Below, one piece after another: positions 62,244 through 64,000 of a stretch of DNA of 64,000 bases (position 1 is its first letter; every line of letters starts with the position of its first letter). The notes beneath the pieces are model-generated. The model searched no databases. It worked only from the letters and a program-made list of their open reading frames with translations, and had not been told where the DNA came from. The position numbers and the translations under genes are program-made. Source of the stretch: Promethearchaeota archaeon Loki_b31 (lineage in GTDB: Archaea; Asgardarchaeota; Lokiarchaeia; Sigyniarchaeales; SOKP01); NCBI GenBank assembly GCA_005222975.1, contig NJBI01000011.1, positions 17,810 through 81,809 on the forward strand. Direction: 5' to 3'.

Positions 62244-62394
62244 GGCGGGATTACCGAGTCTGGTCAAAGGTCTTATGGTTTAGAAGGGTCAAGACCGATT
62301 ATAGGTGCTGGACTTAAGATTGTGGCTCACTTACGAGTGACAATAAAATATCCAGTGGCAAAGGCCTTCGGGAGTTCGAATCTCCCTCCCGCCA
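62244..62394 (+). tRNA. tRNA-Leu(TAA) with two BHB introns (62268-62302 in the D-loop; 62319-62349 at 37/38)
   Basis: GGCGGGA/TCCCGCC acceptor stem, CTGGA/TCCAG anticodon stem, long variable arm, GGGAG-TTCGAAT-CTCCC T arm; a complete cloverleaf after removing both introns. Confidence 0.92.
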
Positions 62395-62554
62395 TATTCT
62401 TTTTATTTTTTAAGAGTTTAAAAATTATAAAAAAAATAAAAAAAATAAGTAAGTTTGATAAAATCTAGGTTTATTGATAATAGGATAGAATAAAATTAAT
62501 AACAGCATGATTTCTAATTAATTATTATTTTAGTAAAAATCAAATGAGATTAAT

Positions 62555-63859
62555 ATGAAATTAATTGAAATTATTGGTTTAGAAAAAAAACACGCTCAAC
62601 TTTTAGGAAAAGCAGGTATAAAGGAGGTAGAAGATCTTTTGGCTCTTAGTTACTATCAGATTAAACAATTAGCAAGAAACATAGGCGTGACAGTAAATAG
62701 ACTTGATACGTGGCAAGAACACGCCGATCTAATGAGAATTGAGGGCGTGAATCCTGAAATAGCTAACGCTCTAAATCTAATAGGAATCGATTCTGTCAAA
62801 GAATTTGCTTACAGAAATTCTAAAAACACAATTGAAAAGTTAAAACTGTTAAAGAAAGACAATCCAAAAGTCCTTACAAAGCTTCCAACGCTTAAAAACG
62901 TAGAAGCGTGGACTAATTACGCAAAAAGTTTAGCAGAAGTGCCAAAAAAGGATGGTAAACCGAAAAAGAAGCCATCACCTAAAAAAAAGCCCTCACCTGA
63001 CGAAAGTCCGTCCTCAGAAATACCGATTATAGCAAATTATAAGCCTTTTGAAAAATTCGAGAAAGATTATGGTAAATTTGGTCCAGATTATTGGGATAGC
63101 AAATGGAAAAAGGCACCAATTATCTATACTGGAAGAGCTTTGAGAGGAGAATCGTACAAAAAACAAATCGATGTAGATGTGAAAGCGTTTATAAAGGATA
63201 ACGACGCAATATTATGGCACGTTTTAACTCAAGTTGATCTAAGGAAAGAAAGTCCAAACGAAACGGCTTTAACGATCCAAAATTTCGTATGCAAATTTCT
63301 AAAATATAAGTACGACGATATCGCGTCAGAATGTCCTGAATTCTGGTTATTTCCCTTCGAGGCAATTCAATCAGAGATAGGAGATTGTGAGGACGGAGCC
63401 ATCCTCATCGCTAGCCTGTTAATTAATGCGGGCGTTCCTTCGTGGAGAGTCAAAGTGTGTGCCGCTCAAGTAATGGCCGATCCGGTTTTTGCTCCCTCAG
63501 ATTCAGAGTTAGGAGGGCATGCGTATTGTATATATTTGGCAGATCGTCCAGAATCAGAACGAAAACTAGAGTGGTTAATACTAGACTGGTGTTATTTGCA
63601 AGACCCTGAGGTTCCAATCGAAGAAAAACCCTTAGCGCGAGATGGTGGGCAGGGAGGTGCTTATCGAAACATTTGGTTTACTTTTAACGACGAGGAATCG
63701 TGGGCACAAAGTAGTTTTGAAGTCAAAGAAGGACGAATTAGCCGGAATCGCACGGCACAGAAAGACGAGGTTTTAGCGCCTTTAAAAAACATCTTAAAAA
63801 GTCTAGCAAGCGAAGAGCTCGAAAAAATATTCAGGAAATTAAATATTGAGATCGAATAA
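62555..63859 (+). CDS. DUF4332 (HhH) domain fused to a transglutaminase-like cysteine protease domain
   Basis: ADLMRIEGV..GIDSV N-terminal domain; K/P linker; GDCED, GHAY, WLILD triad motifs. Confidence 0.78.
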   Translation: MKLIEIIGLEKKHAQLLGKAGIKEVEDLLALSYYQIKQLARNIGVTVNRLDTWQEHADLMRIEGVNPEIANALNLIGIDSVKEFAYRNSKNTIEKLKLLKKDNPKVLTKLPTLKNVEAWTNYAKSLAEVPKKDGKPKKKPSPKKKPSPDESPSSEIPIIANYKPFEKFEKDYGKFGPDYWDSKWKKAPIIYTGRALRGESYKKQIDVDVKAFIKDNDAILWHVLTQVDLRKESPNETALTIQNFVCKFLKYKYDDIASECPEFWLFPFEAIQSEIGDCEDGAILIASLLINAGVPSWRVKVCAAQVMADPVFAPSDSELGGHAYCIYLADRPESERKLEWLILDWCYLQDPEVPIEEKPLARDGGQGGAYRNIWFTFNDEESWAQSSFEVKEGRISRNRTAQKDEVLAPLKNILKSLASEELEKIFRKLNIEIE

Positions 63860-64000
63860 ATTTAAAGTTTAATATGAGTAAATTTTAATTTTTTTTGCTT
63901 TTACTCTTTTTTGGATTTCTTAAATCCTTCACTCGTTATATATATTTTCTATACAAGTTCATTTAATGTCGGATATTTTAAGACATATAACAAATTTAAT

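Overview
AT-rich archaeal chromosomal DNA. Gene content (aCPSF1, proteasome beta subunit, a diphthamide-less EF-2 paralogue, a longin-like protein, PCI/UFL1-like winged-helix arrays, ITPK1-like kinases, a BHB-intron tRNA) points to an Asgard archaeon, most likely Lokiarchaeia; this assignment is an inference. The window holds 49 protein genes and three tRNAs: Gln-CTG, Gly-CCC and Leu-TAA, the last with two introns. I found no CRISPR array, rRNA, integrase or transposase. Highlights: (1) an unannotated ~103-nt box C/D-like RNA (14256-14358) whose two guides both place the D+5 nucleotide on tRNA wobble position 34, predicted for tRNA-Glu(UUC) and tRNA-Leu(CAA); (2) an inositol-polyphosphate gene cluster with MIPS, four ITPK1-like ATP-grasp proteins, an MFS transporter and a HAD phosphatase with a polybasic tail; (3) a free-standing LAGLIDADG endonuclease lying between the radical-SAM pflX-like gene and a second, diverged, still-open copy of that gene's last 40 codons, consistent with insertion plus 3'-end replacement; (4) a GC-rich 7x126-bp LVIVD propeller cassette with hypervariable loops inside a glycan-utilisation locus; (5) a second structured intergenic element (8198-8344), a probable ATT start codon, an in-frame TAA in a ferredoxin-like gene, and a tRNA-Gln with C33. 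All family calls come from motif recognition by eye; no searches were run.
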